Part shown: in pieces, positions 12,531-27,530 of the stretch
Layout: the number at the start of each line of letters is the position of its first letter
Numbering within the stretch: position 1 is the stretch's first letter
Assembly: GCF_006345805.1 (NCBI RefSeq)
Contig: NC_043002.1
Span: 43,586,001 to 43,650,000, forward strand
Length of the DNA: 64,000 nucleotides
Direction of reading: 5' to 3'
From: Octopus sinensis
Taxonomy: Eukaryota
Position numbers and translations under genes: made by a program
Notes under the pieces: generated by a model
The model's database searches: none
What the model was told of the DNA's origin: nothing
The model's input: only the letters and a program-made list of their open reading frames with translations

Positions 12531-14049
12531 CTGAATGTATGTGTGTGCATGTCATTGTATACGTGTTTGTCCTCCAACTGGTGTTAGTGTGTTTACATCC
12601 CCATAACTTAATGGTTGAGGGACCAATAGAATAAATGCAAGTGAAAAATTTGTATTGATGTTCTTCAAGGTGGTGCTCCAGCATGGCCAAAGTCTAGTAA
12701 CTGAAACAAAAAGGGATAGAAAGGAGAGAGAAATACTGTTTAACCGTTTGGATATCAACTTGGCTAAGACAGCCCCTAGTTCAATGATTTAAAACATTCT
12801 GTTCTAAAGTGATCTAAATTTTATACTTACAAAAAAAATTTCATGATAATTTATGTTCCAAACCTAACTTTAAAAAAGACAAAATTAATTTACTAAATTC
12901 TTAATTATTTTCAAAATTAATTGAGACAAATGCAGTGTATTTCGAAAGAAATGTAGTAAAAGGATAAATGAAAACAAAAGATTAGATATAAGTGTATGAG
13001 ATTTGTTATTATTAATGTAATTGTAATTTTTCTGAATCTTTATAGCATCTTTAGAGATTAAACAATTTCAAATATTTACATCTAATACATTTTAATTGGT
13101 TTAATATCTATTCATCATTACATGAGTTATTTATGAATATTTGGTAGTATGGACTCAATTCAAACTAAGAAAATTTATTTCTAAATTAATGTTTGTAACG
13201 ATCTTATATTTGATTGACATATTAAATGGGAAGTAGAAAGGAAACAAAAAGAATCAAAGGCTGAGAAAGATTAAATCATCATCATCATCATCATCGTTTA
13301 ACGTCCGCTTTCCTTGGTAGCATGGGTTGGATGATTTGACTGAGGACTGGCAAACTAGATGGCTGCACCAGGCTCCAATCTTGATCTGGCAGAGTTTCTA
13401 CAGTTGGATGCCCTTCCTAATGCCAATCGCTCCGATAAAATATTTAATAAGTATTCCAATGAAAGGTGGGCAGCTGGCAAAAATAGTTAGCACACCAGAT
13501 AGAATGCTTTGTAGCATTTGTTATGGCTTTATGTCTCATGTTTAAATCCTGCCATGGTCAACATAACTTTCCATCTTTTCAGGGTTGATAAAATAAATGC
13601 CAGTTGAGCACTTGCAGTCGATGTAATTGACTACCCCACTCCCCAACAATTTCAGATCTTGTGCCAATATTAGAAACAAAAAACAATTAGTGTCCCTAGT
13701 AACCCAAATATCACAACGAAAACAAAGTTTGAAGGAAATATTAGCCATTTTTCCTATTTTCTAGGGGTATACAACTAGAAAATAACAGTTGCTACCCAAA
13801 GACAAAAATTGTGTTACACAGTGTAATAGACTGCTAAAATTGTTATTCTTTACTCCAAGGTCATCCCTGATCTTCAGTTTAGCACACATATGACCAAGGG
13901 CATACTAGCCATTACCATCCAAACTTTGTTTCAAGTATAGTCTGTCTAAAAATACATTGTTTCATGTATCATTCCTTGCATAAAATGGTATCCAATCCTT
14001 AATTGTTCTTAAGTACTGGTAATTGACATTTTATCCCCAGATCAGTTCA

Positions 14050-14452
14050 TTCCTGTACTCTTTTACTTGTTTCAGTCATTTGACTGTGGCCATGCTGGAG
14101 CACCGCCTTTAATCGAGCAAATCGACCCCAGGGTTTATTCTTTGTAAGCCTAATACTTATTCTATCAGTCTCTTTTGCTGAACCGCTAAGGTATGAGGAC
14201 GTAAACACACCAGCATTGGTTGTCAAGCAATGTTGAGGGAACAAAGACAGACACACAAATCTATACACACACATACATATATATACATATATACAATGGG
14301 CTTCTTTCAGCTTCCATCTACCAAATCCACTCACAATGCTTTGGTCGGCCCGAGGCTATAGTAGAAGACACTTGCCCAAGGTGCTATGCAGGGACTGAAC
14401 CTGGAACCTTGTGGTTGGTAAGCAACCTACTTACCACACAGCCACTCCTACA
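14050..14452 (-). mobile_element. tRNA-derived SINE family B (CORE-like ACCTTGGGCAAG, internal microsatellite)
   Basis: Reverse complement of the full-length copy at 53461-53872. Confidence 0.8.
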
Positions 14453-14559
14453 CCTGTTTAGATGCAATGAATCTAGATCCCAATCTCATACTAAAAACCA
14501 ATAGCTGTCAGATAATTTTCTTATTTTATTAATACTTATCCATCATTTTACATTTACAG

Positions 14560-14669
14560 GAAGATTCCAGCTGTTCTTACAAAAACTGCTGTGTGTTGTG
14601 CCAAGTGATGATACAAGTACTGAAGAAGAGGAAATGTCAGAGCTCTCAAGCGATGCTAAAAAGCTTTAG
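14560..14669 (+). CDS. SLC7A9-like transporter, terminal coding exon D
   Basis: tttacag|GA..., phase 1 matching exon C. Translates GRFQLFLQKLLCVVPSDDTSTEEEEMSELSSDAKKL* with the LQ.L..VVP LAT C-terminal motif. TAG at 14667-14669. Confidence 0.9.
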
Positions 14670-14873
14670 ATTATTTTAAGTCATTGAAACTGCTGTTTAT
14701 TTTAATGATTTATATAATGAAATAAGTGGGAAAAAAATCCATCTAATTTTGTTTGAATCATTTTCTTTATTATTTTTCATTTGTGTGCTAATATGTTAAT
14801 CTCTCGTTTGTTCCTTCCTTAATATGATATAGTGCATATATATAAATATGTATTTATATATATATATATGTCT

Positions 14874-14904
<31 letters not shown>

Positions 14905-15390
14905 TATCTATATATATATATACTTGGGTTTCTGTCTCACTTCTTCTCGTCTTGTTTTGTTTTCTGTCTCTAAAGTTTTATATCACTCTTATGAAAGATG
15001 AAAGTACTAGACATTAGTTTCTGATTTGTTCATATCCCATTCCCACTCCCAAACACATACAGATTCACACATCTAGATATCTGTGTGTGTGCGTGTGTGT
15101 GTGTGTGTGTGTGTTTGTGTGTTTGTGTGTATGTGTGTTCATTCTGTTCATTGCATGCTGGATGGGATTTTGTTTATAGCCACAAATATTCCACAAACTC
15201 TATTGTTGTCCAATAGATTTTCTAGGAATAGGGAACACAATTTGCATTAGATTTTGAACCCTAAACCTCACAAGAACATTACTGTCACATGCTTCTTCTT
15301 TTTTATTATTCTTTTTGTGAGTTTGTTTCCTGTGTTGTCAAATCTAGATATGTACACAGGCACACAGATACAAACAAAGAGACAGTCAAT

Positions 15391-15423
<33 letters not shown>

Positions 15424-15453
15424 CGTGTGAATGGGTTCATGGTAGGACAATTG

Positions 15454-15496
15454 CTGTTCTGATGAAGTCTATTGAGGTAGAAACATGTGCCAACAG
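15454..15496 (+). ncRNA. Degenerate hammerhead-like motif in presumptive SLC7 3' UTR
   Basis: ctgtt-CTGATGA-agtctattgaggta-GAAAC-atgt-GCC-aacag. Stem I ctgtt/aacag is perfect, and the cleavage triplet reads GCC rather than NUH. Confidence 0.4.
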
Positions 15497-16435
15497 TTGT
15501 CGTTTTGTCTCTAGACAAAAGCAAAAAAAAAAAAAGACATTCCCTTAATGGTATGTTAATATAGAAAAATTTTTAATCCTTCAGTTTATTTTAAACCCTT
15601 CAGATTATCTCCCCTCATCATTTTGAGTTAGTTGCAATTGCCAATAGATATTTGTTTGCCTTCTCTTAGTGCAAAGATAATTTCCCAAAATCACAGAATT
15701 ATGTTGTATGGTATTTTATAAACCTTTATTCATCTTTGTTGTACAAATTTGTGCCACTGGCCATTCTGTGTTTTTCACTCGTTATATATATATATATAAT
15801 ATATATATATATATATTCACATGCATGCATATATATATCCATTTAGTGCTGACTATCAGAGAAAAGAGTACTCAATACCACAGAAGAGATTTAATATGTT
15901 TTATATTTTGCTCAAGTTAGTCTTCTACTATTCTGAGTTTTGCCTGTGTGTGCTCAGTGTCATCATGCAAATTATGCCATAACCATAAACAAAATACATT
16001 ATATATATATGTATACACACACACATGTACACACTCACACACACACACATACACACACATGGGTGTGTATATGTATATATATATATATATATCTATATAT
16101 ATATATATATATGCATGTATGTATGTATGCATGAATGTATGTATGCATGTATGTATGTATGTATGCATATGTATGTTTGTGTGTATAAGTTTTTAAATAT
16201 TCATACACACCTAACGTATACATAAAGTTGGTGAGAACAAATAGACACTCAAAATTAAAGAGATATATGTATTAAGATAAAGAGATGTGTGATTCACATT
16301 TATTTTGATATGTATAGCATGTCTTTATTGCTTTTATTTTTGTTAACGTCCGTTCATCTTAGATGTTTTTATACATTATTATTGCACTAAACCTTAAATT
16401 ATTCATTTTCATTGAACCCTTTTCTTACAATACAC

Positions 16436-16890
<455 letters not shown>

Positions 16891-19384
16891 TAGTTCAAAA
16901 GCATTTTTGGGTTTTCATACACTGGTTGCAGTTAAAAGTCATTCAAAATTTGTAGTTAATATCATAAATATTATACTTTTTTAAGATGCAATATACTATG
17001 TTATGCAACTGTGCGATATATAAATGTTATATATATGTTATACACTCTGTTATTGCTAATATATTAAAAGGTAATGTTATACTATGTAAAGTACAATACT
17101 CTATACTATATAACTATATTATATATCAGTACATTACATACTATTGTATTTTATTATATACCATACTTTTGCTAAAACATTAAAAGGTTGTAGTTGATAA
17201 GCACTGGAGAATAACTGATAAATTGCTTGTTATCCAATGCTATATTATTCAACTTGAATCGTGAATTGAAGCCCTTTCATTTCATTAGTGCAGCTTTCAT
17301 TTTGTGAAGACAGTGACTGCCATTAATACCCATTTCCTTATCAAATAGAGATGTTGAACCCTGCCAAAAGTAATCACTGGTTAAATTATGTGGCTTTATG
17401 AAAACTGAGCAAATGTTCTAGGGGATTTTTTCCCTTTGTGGTTTAAGTTCTTGGCTTGCTGAGATTCACAAATAGGATTTAAAAAATTTTTTCTGTGATT
17501 CACAAACAGGCTTTTGCAACCATAAGTTGTAACCAGTTTTTTATTTTTTTATTTTTTTCATAGACAAGTTTCATTTCCATAATCTCCTGTTAACTTTTAT
17601 AAACAAAGAACTCCATCCCTTGTAACTATTATTGTTACAATTATAAATGATCTTGTTGAGAATATCGTCATGGTTATCAATGAACAAATATTTTATTACA
17701 AAATTTAAGTTTCAAGTTGTTAATATTTGACAAACTAATTTTATTAGCAAAACATATCTGTTGGCCTAATTAACTGAAAGTGAAATGTTTCAATTACTTC
17801 AGGAATTAGGAACCTCAGTAATATAATTTTGACATCTGCTTCCTGTTGTTAAAGACTGGAATAGATTTTTTCTGTTGTTCAATGAATAAATGAATAAATA
17901 ATTTCATTAATTAAACCACTAACATATGTATTTTTAAAAATACAAAAAAAAAAGAATACTGGCAAATCAATGCCTGAATGGTTAAAACAACTTTTTGATA
18001 TCTAATAGTAATTCTGTTACACTTAGAGTGTTGGTGTGGTTGAATTAGTTGAGTGAGGAACAAAATAACTTCAGATTCTCGGTTGTTTACTCACACACTG
18101 AATTCATAAATTTGTCATGGTTGTGTTTTCTTTTATTCTTCTGGACTCAATGGGAAGCAAAGTACCAATTGCATATTGGTTTTGATTTGAGGCCTTATGC
18201 CTATGCAAGAAATTGATCTTATAACACTTAGTGGCAAGTACCATAAAATAACAAACTAAGCTTCAGTATTCTGAGATGGCAACATGAATTTAATATCCAA
18301 CTGAAGCAAATTCTCTTAAATGCTTTATGCATATTTTTGTAGTAAAGATAGGGGCATACCTTCATAGCCAAGATAGGCACGTTACATTTTCCCTTCAATG
18401 AAGAACATGTAATTTGTATTATGTTGGAAAAGAAAACAAAATTTACTCAATCTGTTTGCTGTATAGGTTTACTATTTGATACATGTAATCAAATGAGTAT
18501 GCCAAATGTGATACATTAAATATATATGGTTCACACATTTTGTTAGAATCCTTTAGAATCTATTTTTTTAATATGATTACTTTTTAAAAAATTCAATTTT
18601 CATATTAAAAGATATATGAAGAAATATTTACTCTCAAATGATATATCAATTATTGCATTTTGGAGAAATCATTATTTGGCAAACAGACAAATATTTTTTA
18701 CACTTGAATTAATTTTTTTAAATAACTGATTCTATCCATGTATTTGGTTGCACATTTATGATACTCAAACTTCTAAGATATAAATACTTTAGAGAATGAA
18801 ATGCATTCGTTACTTAGGGCTATGATTAATGTGTTGCATATTATCCAGTTGGATCATAAGGACATAAATTTAGTCTTAAACTTTATTTTGTGCATTTAGA
18901 GTCTGTTTCAGCTCACAAAGCATAACCCATTGCGAGCTCAAGTAACTTCCCTATACACACAGTGACCTGAAACAGACAATGTGAAGTAACAATCTTTTGG
19001 TTTAGAGTGGAACAGTCAACATAATAAGCCCTCTACGATTTTCAGAAATAAAATCTCACAACAATAGTAAAAATAATAATAATGATAAAAAGTACCAACT
19101 TGGTAATCTTACATTGTAATAAGCCTTAATAAATTCTCGGTGAGCCAAACAGGTCTCACATGATGTTAGTTATCAATTAATTTCTCTATCATTGTTAATG
19201 CTTATATCATTAGCTGTGTAAGAAAGGCTGCTTGAGTGTCTCATTCAACATTATTAGAAATTTGTTATCCAATGCTTGAACTAAAGAAGGAATGCTTCAT
19301 TTCATTCAGCTAGTAGCATGAAACTAGCTGAGGTCAGCTGACCTGGATAAGAACACAGACCCTCGTACATATACATGCAGATAA

Positions 19385-19430
<46 letters not shown>

Positions 19431-21174
19431 GTATAAAGGTATGTATATATATATACACACATATAAAAAGTTTAATTCCCTGGTTAAATCTGCACAAATA
19501 ATCAAATGTTTATGCAATATCAAACATTCAATAAATTTCATACATACATTTATGAATGTATTCAAATATACATACTTTTATACATACTTATATTCATACA
19601 TTCATACTTGTAGACACACATTCATACTTGAATACATACATTCAAGAATACTTTCATACATATATTCATAAATACATTTATACATACATGTATATATACA
19701 TTCATATATACAGACATGCATACATACACGCATGCACACACACACACACATACATACATACATACACATACATACATACAGACATACATACATACATACA
19801 TACATACATACATACATGGAACTCAACAAATAAACCAACTTAAACACATATTTACTAACGCCAGGAGTTCCCTTAGCTCAAAAAGTCTTGTCATTTTGTT
19901 AATAACTGGCTTGAACTCTTTTAAGAAGAACTTAAATAAAAGAAAAAAGATACATAATTAAATACATACATGCAGACATACGTACATATGTATATATGTA
20001 CATATATACGTATGTACATACATACATTCAAACACTATGCTAATGAATGTGAGATTTAACATAGCAACTCATTTATAATTTATATTGCTACTACATCTAA
20101 CAGAAATGATCTTTCAAGGGGGGAGGAATATATTTAGAGTTGTCTCCCATCTTTGTTGATGTCTACCTCTTTAAAAAAGAGTTCAAAAACTAATGTTGTT
20201 TAAATTGTGGTTTTTAAATAATCTTTTCAGTATTTCTTTCCAGAAAAAATCTATTTCTAAGTACTAAAGAGAGAGAAGCAATATTGTAGTGCTTCGTAAT
20301 CGCCATCTTTTTAATATTTTATATATATATTGGAAGAAATTCTGTAAAGTCAGCCATCCTTCTTTCATGAAACTTATGTGCATATTCATATGATCAAATA
20401 ACAAAGCATGACTAATTACAAGTCCTGGTTCTAATGCTAAAGAAATCATTTGTGAACATACTGCTGAATCACCTGACAACCAGCAAAAAAAAAATAAATA
20501 AATAGATGGGTAAATAAATAAATATATAGATAACGAGGAGGAGAAGAAGAAGGAGAAGAAGAAGTAGTAGTAGCTTTGCTGTTCTTGAGCTATAGTTGAT
20601 GCCATGGAAAGGAGGAGATGTTTAAAATATGAAAGTTAATATATATCTTGAGGCATATATAACTTTATATAATAAAGAGAACATGCTATGCTGGGAAATG
20701 GTTCTATTGTAATGGTATTAATTTGTAAATTCATGCAAGAAGATATGTATACACATAGAATTTGTAAGTTAATTACAAGTTTGTTATACTTTGAACTCAG
20801 TGTATTGTGTCCTAGTTAAATTGCTTCATTTCTTTGACACAAAATAAATAATCACACAACCATAGTTCTTGATCAGTGAATGAGAGAGAAGGATGAAGTT
20901 AGCTTTTCTTTCATATGTGAATCTGTTAATTTTGGTAATAAATTTGACTCAAAAACTTCAAGTAATGATACATTCTCTGCTTATGATGGAAGTTAAGCAA
21001 GCGGATACAGATGTGGTATACATGGAGATTTTAATTCATGTTCCATGACAGTAAGATAACATTGTTAACAAAAATATATGGAGTATTACCATAATACATA
21101 ATCAAATTATACAATAAGAAAAGTTATTCTAAGTCAAATTTATATATACATGTATATATTTTTAGATACATGTT

Positions 21175-21223
<49 letters not shown>

Positions 21224-21266
21224 ATCTATCTATATATATATATATTATATATATATATCTATCTAC

Positions 21267-21314
<48 letters not shown>

Positions 21315-22756
21315 ATCTATCTATCTATCTATCTATATATATATATATATATATATACATATATACATGCATGTGTATGAATGTGTGTGTGCAATTGTAG
21401 ATAGATAGATAGATAGATAAAAAGATAGAAATAACTGCTCAACAAATACCCATGTAAATTATGCAGCTGTGACATAATTGAAAGAATAGACAAACGTTAA
21501 CTACTGATATATGATATAAAGGAAATATGAGTGATCTTATTTCATAGCAGTTTTAAGAACAGTATTTTTGTTCAGGAGATTAATAAAAAAAATTAAAATA
21601 AAAAAAAACAGAAATCTTCTGTAACCTGTTGTTGCAAGGGTTTGAATGTAAAACTGTCAGAACAGAAGAATGGGCTGAAAAACATACACTTTTATATCTA
21701 CCTAAATGAAATTCTTCATATGAGGAAATACTACATCCAAATGCTCAAAATGGAATTATTTTCTAAGTGGCTTATATACTCACTAACAAGACATATAAAT
21801 ACTCTATAGAGTACATTATACTTAGTTTTATCAAAATATTTTTCACTGAACATGCTTAACAATTATATAAATCAGAAATTCAGGCTGTGACATAAATCTG
21901 TAGACTGAATGAATACATGAAAATACAAATGGATATAGAGGAAATTTTTACTTCTTAGTAAGTCTTCCACTACAGAATATTCCAGTTTAATAATTGTATG
22001 TTTCTTTGGATGTTGTGAAAGTGATATCGTCCTTGAGACCAGTTATCACATGGAGTTGACTATAAAACTGCCCAGAATATATTAAATACACAACTATGTT
22101 TCAGTTTTAGTATTTATTTTCCCCGTGCCATTTTTTAAGAAAATATTTTTGTATGAGATCATTGTGGTTTGTTTGGAATAGTAGAGTTCTTAAATCCATC
22201 ATGATCATTTCTAGACTATGCATTGTTACCTCTTTTCTGTAGAAATGACAAATGTAACTGAGAGTCTACTATGCTAACTAAATCTCAAATTTAGTATGCA
22301 CCGGTATGTTACTTCATTTTGAAGATGAGATGAGAAAGTTCTAAAAAATGCTTAGGCTGACTTTAGAAACTTTTATGTTTTGAGCAAACTGCAAGACAAT
22401 TATATGAAAATATGAAAAAATGAAACTTGATGAAAAAATATAAAACTACAACTACAACAGTCAAACATCCAATACAAGACATACATACAACAAACAACAA
22501 ACCTTCACATGCATCACTGTATGTACATATACATACATACATGTATACATACATATGATACATACAAATGTGTGTGTGTGTGTGTGTATGTGTGTATATA
22601 ATTTGCTTATAGTGACCAAAAGTTCACGCCACACATTAGCTAACTCTCTCCATCAAACTGACGTTCTCTTAACAGATGCACTTTGTGTATGTATCGTTTG
22701 GCAATAGCTGAACACTCAGACGTCATCCTCGATGGGGGAGTCCATCATATATATAT

Positions 22757-22822
<66 letters not shown>

Positions 22823-23237
22823 ATGTATGTATGTATGTATGTATGTATGTATGCATGTATGTATGTATTATGTATGTATGTATGTATGTATGTATGTATG
22901 CATGCATGCATGCATGCACACACACAAACATCTATATGTGTGTATGAAGGTGCATGGTCTAGTGATTCGAGTGTTACCCTTGTGATCACAAGATTGGGAT
23001 TTCAATTCCCAGACTGATAATACATTGTGTTCTTGAGCAAAACACTTCATTCCAGATTGCTCCAGTCTACCCAGCTGTAAATGGGCAACCCTGCAATGGA
23101 CTAGCATCTTGTTCTGGGATAATGTTGGTCTGCCTGGCCAGCAGGGTGTTATTAAAAGCTAAAACAAAGTGAAAAAGTGCATTGTGGCCAGAGGTGTATA
23201 ACAATATTTGACAGTTTGGTCGATATAGTGATACAGT

Positions 23238-23279
<42 letters not shown>

Positions 23280-23291
23280 ATATATATGTAT

Positions 23292-23501
23292 ATAATTAAG
23301 AGAAATAACCTCTATTAAGCAATTCAATAGTGAAAGACATTATCTGTATTATATAGAAAAAATTTAAATATACTATAATAAATATTATTAAAAAATCAAT
23401 AAATTAAATAAACATAATGTTTATTTAATTTATTGATTTTTTAAATAATATTTATTATAGTATATTTAAATTACCTAATAGAGGTTATTTCTCTTAATTA
23501 T
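23292..23501. repeat. Nested palindrome / fold-back within (TA)n tracts
   Basis: Inner ~55-bp arms aatttaaatatactataataaat...aaacat-a-atgttt...atttaaatt. Outer 26-bp arms ataattaagagaaataacctctatta / taatagaggttatttctcttaattat. Confidence 0.9.
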
Positions 23502-23583
23502 GTACATATATTATATATTGTGAAATTTGATTTAGAATTGCTAAATTGAATTTTTCCTTGTAAGTTGGAATTATATTCCCTAC

Positions 23584-23633
<50 letters not shown>

Positions 23634-24072
23634 TTAATAAGGGTGATAGAATTAGATACTAATTTGTTATTTTATTTGCCCTGTTCGTTTGAGCTAACAA
23701 TCGTACTGACTTTCACGTGAAGCATATATATTTTGTGGTTGAAACCTATCGGAGCCATTTCTAGTGCAAGAGTGGACCACATAGTGACCACTCTCTTATA
23801 TTATATATATATATATATATATATTTCTTGCTTGATTACACTAACAATGCCAACAATGTCATTAACATCAACAAGGAAGAAGTTTATTTAACTATTAATA
23901 GTGCTGAGTGTATAAATATTAGTATAGTTGTGTATAGTTAATAGTACTTATGTTACCTTGTGAAAAAAAAAAAACCTATTTGTTAGAATGTATATCACTA
24001 TTGGTATTGCAGTGCATATGGCTATTACAAGATTTTAGTGATTTCAAAATTTGCTTGATTATTGGTAACAAC

Positions 24073-24123
<51 letters not shown>

Positions 24124-24641
24124 CAAGTATGGACTTGGCAGGGCAAAAAATTGGTAAGACCACAGACCTGAAGGCATTGTTAAAAGCAGAAATGCAAAGC
24201 TCCTATGGGATTTTATGATTCAGTGCGACCATGCGATCGAGAATAGGAAGCCGGACATAGTCTTAATTGAGAAAGAAAACAAACTATGCTGGGTCATAGA
24301 CATAGCATGCCCAGCTGACAACAAGGTATGCAATAAGGAAGAAAGAAAAGTCGAGAGATACGACAGGTTAGCTTGAGAAGTTAAGCAGTTGTGGTAGATG
24401 AAAAAGGTAGCAGTAGTACCAATAATTGTCAGAGCCCTAGGAACAGTGAGCAAAAATCTCGAGAAGTATGTGGAACAAATAGGGGCTGCAATAAGGGTGG
24501 AGCATTTGCAGAAAACAGCACTGCTTGGAACTGCTCGAATACTCCGGAAGGTGCTCGAAATATAAGAGGTGTTGCCTTAGTTCACTGGTAGTGAACAGCT
24601 GACACTGTAGTACATCTCCAGTGTTAGAAGCTGTGCAAAGG
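24124..24641 (+). mobile_element. R4/Dong-like non-LTR retrotransposon 3' end (restriction-like endonuclease) inserted in (TAA)n
   Basis: LLWDFMIQCDHAIENRKPDIVLIEKENKLCWVIDIACPAD...KVERY...VPIIVRALGTV...LQKTALLGTARILRKVL. (AAT)n tracts lie on both sides. Confidence 0.85.
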
Positions 24642-24660
24642 CAACAACAACAACAACAAC

Positions 24661-24708
<48 letters not shown>

Positions 24709-26215
24709 TCATTCTTGAGTTAAAGATGTTCAGCAAATTTTATTTCTGAATTTGTTGCATGTATAACTTATGACCATCAAAATGGAATAGTCCATATTAG
24801 TATAGATTTAATTAAATCAAATGATTATATTGTTAATATCTCGATTTAGCTCATATAATATATGAATGTGTATACATACACACACTCACACATACATACA
24901 TTTTTAGGAATTGCATTGTCTATATCCTTAGGTAAAGTAACCGTATATTACCAGACATAACCTAAGGTAAAAGAATATTATCGGTTAACATAAGTTCTTA
25001 AATGGTATGAATTATTAATTGCAGTACCACAAGAAAACAGAAAATGGTAATAATAATTTACTATGTATTTTTTATATTTACTCACTGTAATTGTATCAAA
25101 TTTGCAATTATTAATTACAAGAAATATTCTTAATTACTCCCCCTCTTTATTAATGAAATGACTGCTGGTTTGATTTAAGAAAAACATAAAGTAATTATAT
25201 TTAAGCTGATAATTAAAAAAAAATGTATATCATATATTCTAGGTTCAAATTCTGCTTGGACCAAGTTTGCCTTTTGTCCTACTATAAGATTTGACCTTAT
25301 GCCAAGATGAAAAATATAAAGATTTCAATATTCTATTATTTTTGAAAATGTAAAACAAGAAAACTAGATTTGTATTTTATGCATAATTTTTCTTATTCAT
25401 TAATTCCTAATTCAAACTTCTAATCCCGCCAAATATTATGATGAAATGATTATCTCCCATTCATGAACTGTTTGTTAGGAGACATCACATGTTAGAAACC
25501 TAAAATTGTTATCTTTCTGTATTCCATAATATCTGTGACAATTACAAGCATTCATGAATTTGTTCATTTATTCTGGTTCAGACCAGTTACACATACATGA
25601 TTCCGCCGCCCTTTTTCGGTAGCTAGATATATTTACAACCTGGCATTTGTTGTTATATTTTACTCATAAAGTATACAAAGTAGCACAATTGCCCTTCATT
25701 GTTTGTTGTAATTATTGTTTTATTCCTTATATCAATTCTGTGTGGGTTTATGTTTTTTTCTCCATTTATAAAAGAAATATTTTCAGTGCTGGAATACTTT
25801 TTAATGACTATTTTTTTGTGACATTTCAAAGTATTTTGAGAAAGAGAGAAGAAACAAAAAGAAGATATATGATTTAAGAATTTGAATGTAATAAAGTTTG
25901 TATAACGTTACCACTTGTCAAAATGTCGACAGTATTTTTGTAATTGTGTACAGTTTTAACTGCTGATATTTATTTTCTAAATAGTTTAAATTTTATAGTG
26001 AATATTATGCTTTCATCTCAGTAAGATTAAATTTCATTACTTAAATAGATAATTAAGAAAATGTCAACACAATTTCTTGCTGCTGTTGTTATTTATATCA
26101 TTGTATTTATTTTTGCTCTTTTTGCCCAGCTTCAAATTGACTCAACATACTTCATTACTTACACTGTTTATCAAACAGTTTGAATTCTGAAATTGTCTCT
26201 TATTATTATTATTAT

Positions 26216-26451
26216 TCAGTAGTTTTATTTTTATAGCGTGCTTTCACTTCACTACCGAGCGCAGCTCTGTGTGCCTTGGGTATGTGCTGTGATTTGTTGC
26301 GATGCTCTGATGGTTATTGTATGGAAAGTGTTCTGCGTAGGATGTGTGCAGTGCCTAGTAGTGCAATTTTCTGTATGTTATATGTGTTTGTAAGTCCTGG
26401 TGTTTTTGTTATGTATTTGTCTGAATATTTTTTTATCATGCCTAATGCACC

Positions 26452-26455
<4 letters not shown>
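26216..26455 (-). mobile_element. R4/Dong-like LINE extreme 3' end in (TTA)n
   Basis: Minus strand IGALGMIKKYSDKYITKTPGLTNTYNIQKIALLGTAHILRRTLSIQ*, flanked by TTA repeats. Confidence 0.75.
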
Positions 26456-26499
<44 letters not shown>

Positions 26500-26521
26500 T
26501 GTTGTTGTCGTCGTTGTTGTT

Positions 26522-26737
26522 ATTAAGGTGACAAGCTGGTAGAAACATTAGCACGTTGGACAAAATGTTTTGCAGCATTTTGCCCATCTTCATAATCTGG
26601 GTTCAAATTCTGCCGAGGTTGACTTTGCCTTTCATCCTTTCGGGGTCGATAAATTGAGTACCAGTGAAACACTGGGATCAATGTAATGAACTAGTCCCCT
26701 CCCCCAAATTTCAGGCCTTATGCCTATAGTAGAAAGG

Positions 26738-26799
<62 letters not shown>

Positions 26800-27026
26800 T
26801 AATATCATTAAAGCAGTGAGCTGGCAGAATTGTTAGCACACTGGTGAAAATGGTTAGTAACATTTCATCCATCTTTACACTCTGAGTTCAAATTCTGCCA
26901 AGGTTGACTTTGCCTTTCATCCTTTCGGGGTCGATAAATTGAGTACCAGTGAAACACTGGGATCGATGTAATGAACTAGTCCCCTCCCCCAAATTTCAGG
27001 CCTTATGCCTATAGTAGAAAGGATTA

Positions 27027-27081
<55 letters not shown>

Positions 27082-27530
27082 TAATATCATTAAAGCAGTG
27101 AGCTGGCAGAATTGTTAGCACACTGGTGAAAATGGTTAGTAACATTTCATCCATCTTTACATTCTGAGTTCAAATTCTGCCAAGGTTGACTTTGCCTTTC
27201 ATCCCTTTCAGGTTGATAAAAGTACCATTTGAGCACTGGGGCCAATCTAATTGACTTAGCATCTCCTCTGAAATTGCTGGCCATGTGCCAAAATTTGAAA
27301 CCATTATTATTATGATGACAATGTAGATAATGAGCTGGGCAATATGCTTAGTGACATTTCATCCATCCTTATGTTCTGAGCTCAAATTTTGCCAAGATCA
27401 ACTTTGCATTTCGTCCTTTCAGTTCCAATGAAATAAGTACCAGTTCTGCACTAGTGTTGATGGAATCGACTTGCCTTCAACCCCACAAAATTTCAGGCTT
27501 TGTCCCTTTGATAGAAAGGATTATTATTAC
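26522..27530 (+). repeat. Tandem array of family-A-type SINEs separated by (TTA)n, including a ~285-bp near-exact duplication
   Basis: gttcaaattctgcc...ggattatcatt(att)n actaatatcattaaagcagtgagctggcag is repeated at ~26600 and ~26886. Confidence 0.85.
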
